Origin: an uncultured Clostridia bacterium
Lineage (GTDB): Bacteria; Bacillota; Clostridia; Christensenellales; JAWKQI01
Direction of reading: 5' to 3'
Length of the DNA: 32,000 nucleotides
Assembly (NCBI GenBank): GCA_964453645.1
Contig: CAYVRJ010000011.1
Span: forward strand, 20,294 to 52,293
The position numbers and the translations under genes are program-made. Below, in pieces: positions 15,631-23,918 of this stretch. Each line of letters opens with the position of its first letter. The first letter of the stretch is position 1. The notes beneath the pieces were generated by a model that was given only the letters and a program-made list of their open reading frames with translations, did not search any database and was not told the origin of the DNA.

Positions 15631-16742
15631 ACGTCTTCTCCTTTTGCTGCCAACTCAACGGAGCGTTTAAAGACATCTAAAACCGAAGCACTGCCCGCCC
15701 GCATGGGATTGATGCGCAAGAAATACTCCACCCTATTTTCGTTTTCTCCGCTTAAGAATGTGCGGGATGCCTTGTAAAACATGGGGGGTATTTCATACTT
15801 GGATTCGGCACCCACCGGCCAAGTGGAAACCCCCAGCTTTGCCGCCTGTGCCATCACCCCGCTGGCGATGGGTTTTTCAAACTCCACCACCACAACTCTG
15901 GACTGCATATTGGCGATAAAGGCATTCTTTACCAGGTGTTGGCCGTTTGCCTTAAAGTCCATCATGGTTGCATAAATTTTATCTATCTCCCCCGCCTGTA
16001 TGGCCAGTGCAACAGGTGCGTTTACCAACCCCCGCAGGCATTCCATAGCCTCGTGGCCCTGCACTTTTGTGCCCCCCGAACCGGCACTCTTGGATATGGC
16101 CTCAACAATTTGAGACTTGCCCAGCACACAGCCGATCCCCTCTGCCCCCTGCAACTTAAACAGGGAGAAGGTTGTCACATCCGCACCTGCTTTGATTCCG
16201 TCGGTGTTGTCCTTAAAGATTGCATAGTTGTCGTCCACCACGGTTTTCACCCCCAACTTTGAGATGAGTTGAACCACCTCATCGAGAGAATATGAATCTG
16301 TAAGCAACTGCCTCGAGTGCTGGATCACCGCTGCCACGGGTTTTTCTTGGGTGATCACTCTTTCTAAGTTCGAAAGATCGTTAAAATCTGCAAAGACCGT
16401 TTGCAGCCCCATGCACTGGATGGTGTGTTCGGTGGTGGGATAGATGGCTGCACGGTGGAGTAAAATCTTCTCCCCCGGCGTTATCACACTCTCCAGGGCA
16501 CAGCGAATGGCTCCCGTTCCGGCACCCCGCACCAGCGCACACCCTTCAGCCCCAAAGAACTCCGCGAGCACCTTTTCGGCCCTGCACGTTTGTGCAGGTT
16601 TGCCGTTTACAGCAAGGCCCAGATCTCCCAGGGATAAAAAACTGCCGTCGGTAAACTGCTTTTGAATGCACTCCACCAGTTTGAACTGAAGGGCGATCGC
16701 CTCGTCCACGCTCAATTTTCCCAATTGTCCCGTCATACTCAC
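15621..16742 (-). CDS. yhfS: YhfS-like PLP-dependent (fold-type I) enzyme
   Basis: 373 aa. The N-terminus L.VDEAIALQFKLVECIQKQF resembles the E. coli YhfS N-terminus as I recall it. DVTTFSLFKLQGAEGIGCVLG is an S-x-x-K PLP-lysine-type motif. GTG start (an ATG lies 2 codons in). Confidence 0.7.
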   Translation of the reverse strand: MSMTGQLGKLSVDEAIALQFKLVECIQKQFTDGSFLSLGDLGLAVNGKPAQTCRAEKVLAEFFGAEGCALVRGAGTGAIRCALESVITPGEKILLHRAAIYPTTEHTIQCMGLQTVFADFNDLSNLERVITQEKPVAAVIQHSRQLLTDSYSLDEVVQLISKLGVKTVVDDNYAIFKDNTDGIKAGADVTTFSLFKLQGAEGIGCVLGKSQIVEAISKSAGSGGTKVQGHEAMECLRGLVNAPVALAIQAGEIDKIYATMMDFKANGQHLVKNAFIANMQSRVVVVEFEKPIASGVMAQAAKLGVSTWPVGAESKYEIPPMFYKASRTFLSGENENRVEYFLRINPMRAGSASVLDVFKRSVELAAKGEDVCF

Positions 16743-16763
16743 AATGTTTCCTCTTTATCTCAT

Positions 16764-18008
16764 TTAAATTAAAAATCCAAACAACCCCTGTGTAACGTTT
16801 TGAAGCAGCCAGATGCAGATCAGTGCGATTAAGCAAACGCTGATCTGAGGAATTTTTTTACTCTTGGCGTTGAGCATATATGCCCCGATGATGATGGCTG
16901 TGCCCAAGTAGCTCCCCATGGAGAGAGTTGCCACAATGCACCCCCCCAGAAGTGCGTAGTTAAGCACACTAAACCCTACCTGCCGAATGTTTTCCGCAAA
17001 CTCCTTGAGCTTTGGCCGATTTTCAAACAATCGTGCAAGGGTAAAGGTTCCCACCGTTTCCAACAGTGCAACCACTCCCCCAGCCAGCAATGCCGCCACT
17101 GGCCCACCCCAGGCAAAAAAACCTGCTGCGGTGGCCAAACCCAACCCATCCGCTGCCAACACCCCCGAAGTAACGGCAGTGAGGGACTTGATGGGCAAAA
17201 AGGAGAGTGCCCGCACCAACGATATGCTGCCTGCACCGAGGGTGTTGCTGCCAGCAGCAGCCAGCAGACTTTGGGGGCCTTCTGCCAAAAGCCCCAAATA
17301 AACTCCAAGGGCGATCAGTCCACCCATGGCAATTGTATAGGGCAAACCCCTCAACACTCTCTTTTTGTTTTGTAAAAATAAATCCACCACCGACATTTCG
17401 GGTTTGGTGCTGCCCCCAAAAAAGGCAAACAGCACGGCAACGAAAAATCCGGCTAAAATTCCATAGTCGAACCCCAAGGTGTACCCACAGGTTATGGAAC
17501 ACACTGCCGTTGCAAGGGCCACCCACTTGCCCATGGTGTTATAGATGGCGAGTACACAAACAGCCAAAAACCCAACGGTCACAACGGGTGCCAGGATCAC
17601 CGTCACCTTGCCAATCCCTATGGGCAACCCACGGAATAACTCGTGCAGAACCAAGAGACAGAGCTTGAGCAGTGCGGCAAATCCCCCGCCCAACAGTGCG
17701 GCAACAGCCGTATTCTTGCACCGTGCCCCGATTAGGTCGGTAAACAGGAATATCAAGTGAATCAAAATATAACCCGAAAGGATGGAAAAGGGCAATCCGA
17801 TCAACAGCCCTGCACCCACCGAAACGGGCAGTGCATTTTTTAACCAATCACTTCTTGGAATACTACCCTTTGCCACTTCGGCGGCATAGGTGCGGTTTCC
17901 GTCGTGAAATACCGCAATACACCGCTGGCTCATAAACGCAGCTAGGGCGCCTATGGCAAACAAAACGGACAGTGTGATTAAATTTTGGCTTCCAAAAAGT
18001 GCGTTCAA
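16764..18008 (-). CDS. yhfT: YhfT-like polytopic membrane protein (putative transporter)
   Basis: 414 aa with at least 10 hydrophobic segments, Gly/Ala-rich. The N-terminal motif RCIAVFHDGNR resembles the AVFHDG motif I recall in E. coli YhfT. TTG start 1 nt after the yhfU-like stop codon. Confidence 0.7.
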   Translation of the reverse strand: MNALFGSQNLITLSVLFAIGALAAFMSQRCIAVFHDGNRTYAAEVAKGSIPRSDWLKNALPVSVGAGLLIGLPFSILSGYILIHLIFLFTDLIGARCKNTAVAALLGGGFAALLKLCLLVLHELFRGLPIGIGKVTVILAPVVTVGFLAVCVLAIYNTMGKWVALATAVCSITCGYTLGFDYGILAGFFVAVLFAFFGGSTKPEMSVVDLFLQNKKRVLRGLPYTIAMGGLIALGVYLGLLAEGPQSLLAAAGSNTLGAGSISLVRALSFLPIKSLTAVTSGVLAADGLGLATAAGFFAWGGPVAALLAGGVVALLETVGTFTLARLFENRPKLKEFAENIRQVGFSVLNYALLGGCIVATLSMGSYLGTAIIIGAYMLNAKSKKIPQISVCLIALICIWLLQNVTQGLFGFLI

Positions 18009-18009
18009 A

Positions 18010-18357
18010 TTAGTTTACCGCCTTAGCAAAGGCGCCCACAGCGCTCTGCATTTGATCTGCGGCAAAACCAAAGGCAACCACTCCCTTTTGAACCAACTGG
18101 GCCACATCGGCCTCGTCGGCTGGTTTGCCGGGTGCGGCAATGGTCTTTGCCTTGTCCATTCCCAGCAGGGCCACTGCCATGGCAACTGCTCCCCCGCCGG
18201 TGTGGCACGCACCCAAATAGTACTCCGCCTTGTTTTGTTTGAGTGCCATTGCGGCATCCAAATCGCTCAGAATTTCTATTTCACAATTGGGTATGGCTGT
18301 TAAAACCAGCTCGGCAATGGCCTGTTTTTCCACCTGTCCGCCAATCACGATCTTCAT
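18010..18357 (-). CDS. yhfU: YhfU-like DUF2620 protein
   Basis: 115 aa. MKIVIGGQ... and YYLGACHTGGGAVAMAVALLG...VAFG match the DUF2620/YhfU pattern as I recall it (YYIGACNTGAGAAL). It starts 2 nt after the hyuA stop. Confidence 0.75.
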   Translation of the reverse strand: MKIVIGGQVEKQAIAELVLTAIPNCEIEILSDLDAAMALKQNKAEYYLGACHTGGGAVAMAVALLGMDKAKTIAAPGKPADEADVAQLVQKGVVAFGFAADQMQSAVGAFAKAVN

Positions 18358-18359
18358 TG

Positions 18360-20387
18360 CTATTTACTCTCCCACGTTATCAATATATTGTTTAAATTGT
18401 CCACTTCAAAGGCATCTCCCTCATCCACCAGCACCGTGGTATCCATCTGTTCGATGATGCAGGGGCCAACACCCTTGTATCCGCTTTTCAGTTCCTCCCG
18501 GGCAAAAACGGGCACCGTCTTATCCATACCCCGCAAGCAAACCCGCCTGGTGCCTATGGGCTTTGCGTCCCCCGAGGCACAGCCGTCTCCGCCAAGTTCA
18601 ATCTTTTGCAGCAGCCCAAACCCTGCAACTCGAATGTTTACCAGTTCCAGCGGTGCGGTTAATTCCGAAGAATATCCAAAGGACTTTTGATGCAGTTCCT
18701 TAAATTTGCGGGCAATGGCCTTATAGTCCGAGATATCCTGCTCTTCAATCTGCATGGTCAACTCGTGAGTCTGGGCGGCATAACGCAGATCCAAATACAT
18801 TGTTATCCTTTGTTTATTTTGCTCAAATCCCGACTGTTTTAAATCCCCACAGGCTTGCTCCACCAGAGTGGAGAACTCTTCACCCAACTGCAAAGAGGAG
18901 ACGTCGGATAAATTTTTAATGATACTCTTTACGTAATCGTAGCGCACATCACTCATCAACAGCCCCATAGCGGCTGTGATACCCGGATAGCGGGGAACGA
19001 TCACTTTTGTCATACCCAAGTTCTTGGCAACGTCCACTGCTTGCAGCGGCCCCGCACCGCCGCAGGCGAACAGCGCAAACTCCCGGATATCGAAGCCCCT
19101 GTTCATAGTTAAGCGGCGAATGGCGTTGCAGATGTTGTTGTTTACGATATCGATCATACCCTGGGCAGCAGCATTGGTGTTTAACTTCAAGGGTTTTGCA
19201 ATCTTTTCATCGATCCTCTTTTCGGAAAGGGAAGCGTTGATGGCAAACTTTCCGCCCAGCAAGTATTCTCGGTTTAATCTGCCCAAGTGTACGTTGGCAT
19301 CCGTTAGCGTTGGGTTTTCACCGCCCTGATCATAACACACCGGACCGGGCATTGCACCCGCCGATTGGGGGCCCATGTTGAGCATTCCCCCCCTGTCTAT
19401 GTGGGCAATGGTTCCGCCCCCCGCTCCAATGGTGACCACGTCGATGATGGGCAGGTGTACCACCGTTCCAAATTCAATCTCCTGTTCGTCCCGGGTGAGC
19501 AGTTCACCGTTGCATACGATGGCGATATCCGTGCTCGTTCCCCCGATGTCGATGGAGACCACGTTTTCTTCCCCAATTGCACTGCAAATGCCTTTTAGGG
19601 CAATGGCTGCCGCCGCAGGGCCGGAGAGCAGGGAACGGGGTGCAATCTTTTCCACGGGGAAAGCAGGGGCAACACCTCCGTTGGAGAGCATGAGTAAAAG
19701 TTCTTTTGAATACCCACGCTGTTTCACTTCATCATATAATACCGAGAGATAATTTTCAAGCAAAGGCCCCACATATGCGGCCACACTCACCGTGCTCATG
19801 CGCTCAAACTCCCGCCACTCGCAGAGCAACGTGTTAGAACAAGTGACGTATAAATCCGGAAATTCCTCCAAAATCCACTTCTGTGCCGTCAGTTCGTGCT
19901 GAGGGTTTGCGTACGAGTTAATAAAACAGATGGCGATGGCTTTGATTCCATCTTCCCATAATTTCTTCACAAGACCTATGAGCTCTTCCCGATTGAGGGG
20001 CTTAATCACGTTACCCCATCCGTCAATGCGCTCATCCACCTCCGTGCGGTACTTGCGGGTTATCAGCTCTTCGGGCTGATCCCACTGCAAGTCGTAGAGC
20101 ACACCTCTGGTGGTTCGCCGAATTTTCAGCACATCCCGAAACCCCTTTGTGGTGATTAGGGCCACACTGGAACCGTTTTTCTCGATGACTGCATTGGTGG
20201 CAACAGTGGTGCCGTGGAGGAATAAATCCACTTCTTTTAAGTCATATCCGCTTGCGTTCACAGCGTTCATAACGCCTGTGCGCTGGTTTTTGGGCGTGGA
20301 ATGCACTTTATGTACGGTGATTTCGCTGCCATTATAAAATATTCCGTCGGTGAACGTTCCGCCCACATCGATTCCGATTAGTTTCAT
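18360..20387 (-). CDS. hyuA: Hydantoinase/oxoprolinase family protein, A subunit type
   Basis: 675 aa with the N-terminal MKLIGIDVGGTFTDGIF and a second ASKHA-type motif VSIDIGGTSTDIA. Length is typical of Hydant_A proteins. Confidence 0.9.
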   Translation of the reverse strand: MKLIGIDVGGTFTDGIFYNGSEITVHKVHSTPKNQRTGVMNAVNASGYDLKEVDLFLHGTTVATNAVIEKNGSSVALITTKGFRDVLKIRRTTRGVLYDLQWDQPEELITRKYRTEVDERIDGWGNVIKPLNREELIGLVKKLWEDGIKAIAICFINSYANPQHELTAQKWILEEFPDLYVTCSNTLLCEWREFERMSTVSVAAYVGPLLENYLSVLYDEVKQRGYSKELLLMLSNGGVAPAFPVEKIAPRSLLSGPAAAAIALKGICSAIGEENVVSIDIGGTSTDIAIVCNGELLTRDEQEIEFGTVVHLPIIDVVTIGAGGGTIAHIDRGGMLNMGPQSAGAMPGPVCYDQGGENPTLTDANVHLGRLNREYLLGGKFAINASLSEKRIDEKIAKPLKLNTNAAAQGMIDIVNNNICNAIRRLTMNRGFDIREFALFACGGAGPLQAVDVAKNLGMTKVIVPRYPGITAAMGLLMSDVRYDYVKSIIKNLSDVSSLQLGEEFSTLVEQACGDLKQSGFEQNKQRITMYLDLRYAAQTHELTMQIEEQDISDYKAIARKFKELHQKSFGYSSELTAPLELVNIRVAGFGLLQKIELGGDGCASGDAKPIGTRRVCLRGMDKTVPVFAREELKSGYKGVGPCIIEQMDTTVLVDEGDAFEVDNLNNILITWESK

Positions 20388-22111
20388 GCTCTCCCCCTCA
20401 TCTGCTCTCTCAAGGTTTGGGTGGCTGCAACGTCAATTGTGCCCTCCCGTATGACAACGCCGTAACACTCCTCTGCGTGACTAAGCGTGATATATCCCTG
20501 TGTATAATCGTCCAACACCTTCTCTACATCTCTGTTCAGGGGATCGCCGTAACCACCCCCGCCGGCAACCAAGATGGTCACTTCGTCTCCGGCTTGAATT
20601 TGGTATCCCGATGCTTTTAAGGTGAGGTTTATCTCGTTTTCCTTACCCATGTTGAGTTTCAGCCCTTGGTGTAGGGCCTCTTTTCCCCCAAACAATCCCC
20701 AGGGCGGATAAATCTCCCGATCGCCTAAGGCGGTGAGTTTTGCAGTACCCCTGGTTAAAATAAAGGATTTTATAGAACCGTTGCCCCCCCTGTGCTCTCC
20801 CGGCCCACCGGAATTTTCCCGCAACGACCACTGGGTGAACAGCATGGGGTATTTGCGCTCGAACACCTCCACAGGGGTGATCCTCGCCCCACCGCCGAAC
20901 AGGGAGACCAGTCCGGCCGAACCGTCTTTGGTGGCTCTGCCCCCAAAACCGCCCTCGCTGAACAGATAGGCCACGTAATATCCGCTGGTCTCCTCGTCGT
21001 TGCCCCCAATGGTCAAGTTGATCAATCCGTGGGGACAGCCGGTGGATTTTTCGGGCACGGCCTGTGCCAATGCCCCTAGACACACCCCAATTACCTTCTC
21101 GTACACCGTTGCCGCCATGGCACTAATGGCCGCTGGCGGACAGGCGTTCACCACTGTTGCCTGGGGTATTACAAAATCTACGGGCAGGAAGCACCCGTAG
21201 TTCATGGGAATATCGGGAAATAGGGATTTAATCGTCACGATGACGGCTGAAACTGTGGAGGAATAGGTGGAATTCGCTGCACTTCTTGTTTGAGGATCGC
21301 AGTCCGAAAAGTCAAACTTCATCCTGTTGCCGCAAACTGTCATGGTAACGGCAATCTTCACAGGGTCATCGCTGTATTTGCTCTCTTTGTCCATGTATTC
21401 ATAAAACGAATACGTCCCGTCGGGCACGTTTTCGATCTCTTTTTCCAGCATAATTCTTGCGTATTCAATGGTCTTTTCCATGTATGTGAGAATGGTTTCC
21501 TTGCCGTACTTTTGGGCAAGCTCCAGTATCCTCTGTGCACCAATGTTAACAGACGAAATCTGGGAGGCTAAATCTCCCTTGCGCTCCCAAGGTAAGCGTA
21601 CATTTGCTAAAATAATGTTCTCGATTCCCTCCTGCATCACCCCTTTTGACACAATTTTAACAGGGGGTATGCGTATGCCCTCTTCAAAGTGTTCCTCCGC
21701 AACCGAAGATAAACTGCCGGGTGTCGCACCACCCACGTCGGCCCAGTGGCCTGCAATGGCTGCAAAGCCAATCCGCTCCCCTTCATAAAACACGGGGCAG
21801 ATGACCTCCACGTCGTTAAAATGGGTTCCCCCAACGAAAGGGTCGTTGTTGATAAACACATCCCCTTCACAAATATCGTTTTTATATTTTTCCACAATGT
21901 AACTGACCGAGTATTCCATCATCGTGACGAATACGGCCAGATCGGACTCCCCTTGGGCGATTAAGTGCCCATCCCTGTTAAAGAGTGCTGCGCCGATATC
22001 CCTTCCCTCTGTGATGACGGCCGAGTATGCAGAGCGAAACATGTTTATGTTCATCTCATCCGCAATGCTCTTAAAAGCGCTCTGCAATACCGAAAATGTA
22101 ATGGCATCCAT
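20384..22111 (-). CDS. hyuB: Hydantoinase B/oxoprolinase family protein
   Basis: 575 aa. MDAITFSVLQSAFKSIADEMNINMFRSAYSAVITEGRDIGAALFNRDGHLIAQ is the typical Hydantoinase_B N-terminus. 4-nt ATGA overlap with hyuA. Confidence 0.9.
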   Translation of the reverse strand: MDAITFSVLQSAFKSIADEMNINMFRSAYSAVITEGRDIGAALFNRDGHLIAQGESDLAVFVTMMEYSVSYIVEKYKNDICEGDVFINNDPFVGGTHFNDVEVICPVFYEGERIGFAAIAGHWADVGGATPGSLSSVAEEHFEEGIRIPPVKIVSKGVMQEGIENIILANVRLPWERKGDLASQISSVNIGAQRILELAQKYGKETILTYMEKTIEYARIMLEKEIENVPDGTYSFYEYMDKESKYSDDPVKIAVTMTVCGNRMKFDFSDCDPQTRSAANSTYSSTVSAVIVTIKSLFPDIPMNYGCFLPVDFVIPQATVVNACPPAAISAMAATVYEKVIGVCLGALAQAVPEKSTGCPHGLINLTIGGNDEETSGYYVAYLFSEGGFGGRATKDGSAGLVSLFGGGARITPVEVFERKYPMLFTQWSLRENSGGPGEHRGGNGSIKSFILTRGTAKLTALGDREIYPPWGLFGGKEALHQGLKLNMGKENEINLTLKASGYQIQAGDEVTILVAGGGGYGDPLNRDVEKVLDDYTQGYITLSHAEECYGVVIREGTIDVAATQTLREQMRGRA

Positions 22112-22135
22112 GTGTGTTCCCCTTTGGTTTTTTAT

Positions 22136-22176
22136 AAGAGCCTGTGAACTTATACACTACCCATCCACAGGCTCTT
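22136..22176 (-). other. Strong intra-operon stem-loop between the permease and hyuB genes
   Basis: Perfect 11-bp stem AAGAGCCTGTG (22136-22146) / CACAGGCTCTT (22166-22176) with a 19-nt loop. On the minus-strand transcript it is followed by AUAAAAAACC (no U tract). On the plus strand it is followed by TTATGTTTTT. Confidence 0.5.
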
Positions 22177-22199
22177 TTATGTTTTTAAATACGTCTGCT

Positions 22200-23492
22200 T
22201 TATTTTTTCTTGATCAAGGAGAGGATGAAGTACAGCGCTCCGCCCACTACCAAGCTGTTAATACCCGAAACGCCGATGGCAGAACCGAAGATATATCCGC
22301 CAAAGATGTTGCTGGCCGTTAAGAAATCCACCAGAATGGCCACAACCCAGCTAATCACTGCAATGGCGTTAAAATCAACGATATTTTCGGATTTGTTGGG
22401 TACGTTCTTTTTCACAAAGAAGTAGTCAATGGCAATGATGGCGCCGATGGGCGGAATCAGCATTGCTAAAATGCCCAGGTAGGCGAACAGGTTTGTGTAT
22501 ACGCCCGATGCGGCAATGATGGCACCGATCACAACGGTGATGATGGTGAACACATACTTTGGCGCCTTAAACATTTTGGAGCAAGCCAGACCGGCAGAGT
22601 ATACGTTGTTGTCTCCCGAAGTCCACGAGGAGATGAGCAGCAGCAGGAAACCAACCCACATGAGCACCGGGCCACCGGCACTAACGATAACCGTTACCAA
22701 ATCTCCCATGCCCGTGCCCTTCACGGCAACAGCACCCAAGGAGACGAACAGGAAAAAGCCCAGTCCAAAGGAGATGAGTGATGCAAGGGCAGATTTTTTG
22801 CCGGGGATACTATATCTCGTTACGTCGCTCACCAGAGTTGCACCCACTGCAAAGATTCCGATGGTGCCGGTGATCGCCAACCCAAAGGGCATAGCTTCGC
22901 CAACCGGCGCAAGTGCGCTGATGGCATCCCAGCCGCCGCCCTGGTTCACGCCCAGCGTTGCGGCATAGATAAACAATGCCAGCATGGGCAGCACAGAGAT
23001 TTTGCTGAGCATGGAAACGCCCTTAAAGCCGAACAGGGAAGACGTACCCATGACGATTGCAAACAGGATACCGCCCCAGACCGCAAAACTTCCCGGTTCT
23101 GCGCCGAACACACCCTCCAAGCTCATGACAAACACGCCCACGACCACGCCGTAGAAGATGATGTTTGCCAAAGCCATTGCAACGGAAACGATGTTCGCAC
23201 CCTTGTCTCCAAAGGCGATTCTCGACAACATCGCTGTGGACACACCCTCTTTGGCTCCGGCAACAGCCAGCGGCATGGAATATAAGCCCAGAATGAGTGC
23301 ACCGATGAAAATAGCGGCTAATGCCGAGCCAAGCGTCATTTGGGAAGCAATACTTCCCCCCGTAATTGCAGGAGTTGGGTTAATAACCCACGCCATCAAC
23401 ACGGCAACAATGGCCCACAGTCCTTTTCTTTCGGACAACGGCACAACATTGAGTTCGTTGTCTGAAAACAGTTTTGGTGTTTTTTTAGACAT
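22200..23492 (-). CDS. NCS1-family (purine-cytosine/hydantoin/allantoin-type) permease
   Basis: About 12 hydrophobic segments. The CodB-like N-terminal region reads VPLSERKGLWAIVAVLMAWVINPT...GLYSMPLAVAGAKEGVSTAMLSRIAFGDKGANI. I prefer ATG at 23492 (MSKKTPKLF, GGAGGA 8 nt upstream, 430 aa) over the track start at 23540. Confidence 0.8.
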   Translation of the reverse strand: MSKKTPKLFSDNELNVVPLSERKGLWAIVAVLMAWVINPTPAITGGSIASQMTLGSALAAIFIGALILGLYSMPLAVAGAKEGVSTAMLSRIAFGDKGANIVSVAMALANIIFYGVVVGVFVMSLEGVFGAEPGSFAVWGGILFAIVMGTSSLFGFKGVSMLSKISVLPMLALFIYAATLGVNQGGGWDAISALAPVGEAMPFGLAITGTIGIFAVGATLVSDVTRYSIPGKKSALASLISFGLGFFLFVSLGAVAVKGTGMGDLVTVIVSAGGPVLMWVGFLLLLISSWTSGDNNVYSAGLACSKMFKAPKYVFTIITVVIGAIIAASGVYTNLFAYLGILAMLIPPIGAIIAIDYFFVKKNVPNKSENIVDFNAIAVISWVVAILVDFLTASNIFGGYIFGSAIGVSGINSLVVGGALYFILSLIKKK

Positions 23493-23540
23493 ATTTTTTC
23501 CTCCTTCGCCATTTTGGCAATTAGAAAAATATAAAATCAA

Positions 23541-23903
23541 TTAATTTCCCAAAATAAGCACGTAGAGTAGGATAAAGACTGCTTCATCACTGACTCCCTG
23601 TGTGCTGACGTTATACCCCTCGTACACTTTTTTGACGATGGTTTCAATATCCTTGCGCTTTTGGCCGTGGACTTCAATTTCGTTTAAAACTTGGGGGGTA
23701 GGTTTGCTGCACTCACCTTTTAATATGCGGTTGCTGGCCAACAAAATATGGTTGATCATCGAACCCGCGTTACTCTCGGTTAGTTCCATGTTGAGATATG
23801 TGCCCAGGCCGTGTAGAATCTTCATGGTTATGTCCACACTTTGTTGTGTCACCAAACCCGCTTCTAGTAACAGATTGATCCTGTTTTGAATCCCTTCGTC
23901 CAT
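23541..23903 (-). CDS. yhfY: YhfY-like stand-alone PRD-domain protein
   Basis: 120 aa, all-helical. AGSMINHILLASNRI is the PRD-type conserved-His motif (H52), with further His at 31 and 78. Same length as E. coli YhfY. GGAGGG RBS. Confidence 0.7.
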   Translation of the reverse strand: MDEGIQNRINLLLEAGLVTQQSVDITMKILHGLGTYLNMELTESNAGSMINHILLASNRILKGECSKPTPQVLNEIEVHGQKRKDIETIVKKVYEGYNVSTQGVSDEAVFILLYVLILGN

Positions 23904-23918
23904 GTTTTACACCCTCCG

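Noticed and set aside
14017-15676. Shadow ORFs in the yhfW/yhfX-like genes (14017..14265, 14821..15135, 14919..15122, 15202..15471, 15206..15676)
   Set aside because: They are embedded in two confidently assigned enzyme genes. They have Arg/Cys/Gly-rich or otherwise atypical composition, no RBS and no motifs.
16976-17847. Several 100-167-aa ORFs on both strands inside the yhfT-like gene (16976..17308, 16987..17301, 17023..17526, 17207..17668, 17539..17847)
   Set aside because: All lie within the 414-aa membrane-protein ORF. Their products are Arg/Pro/Gly/Cys/Trp-rich, as expected from off-frame or antisense reading of GC-rich Gly/Ala/Leu codons. None has an RBS or a recognisable motif.
20417-22147. 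Overlapping ORFs inside hyuB (e.g. 20643..21083 146 aa, 20792..21079, 21290..21571, 21468..21788, 21924..22322)
   Set aside because: These are shadow ORFs of a confidently identified 575-aa Hydantoinase_B gene. They have low-complexity Arg/Gly/Pro composition, no RBS and no family resemblance.
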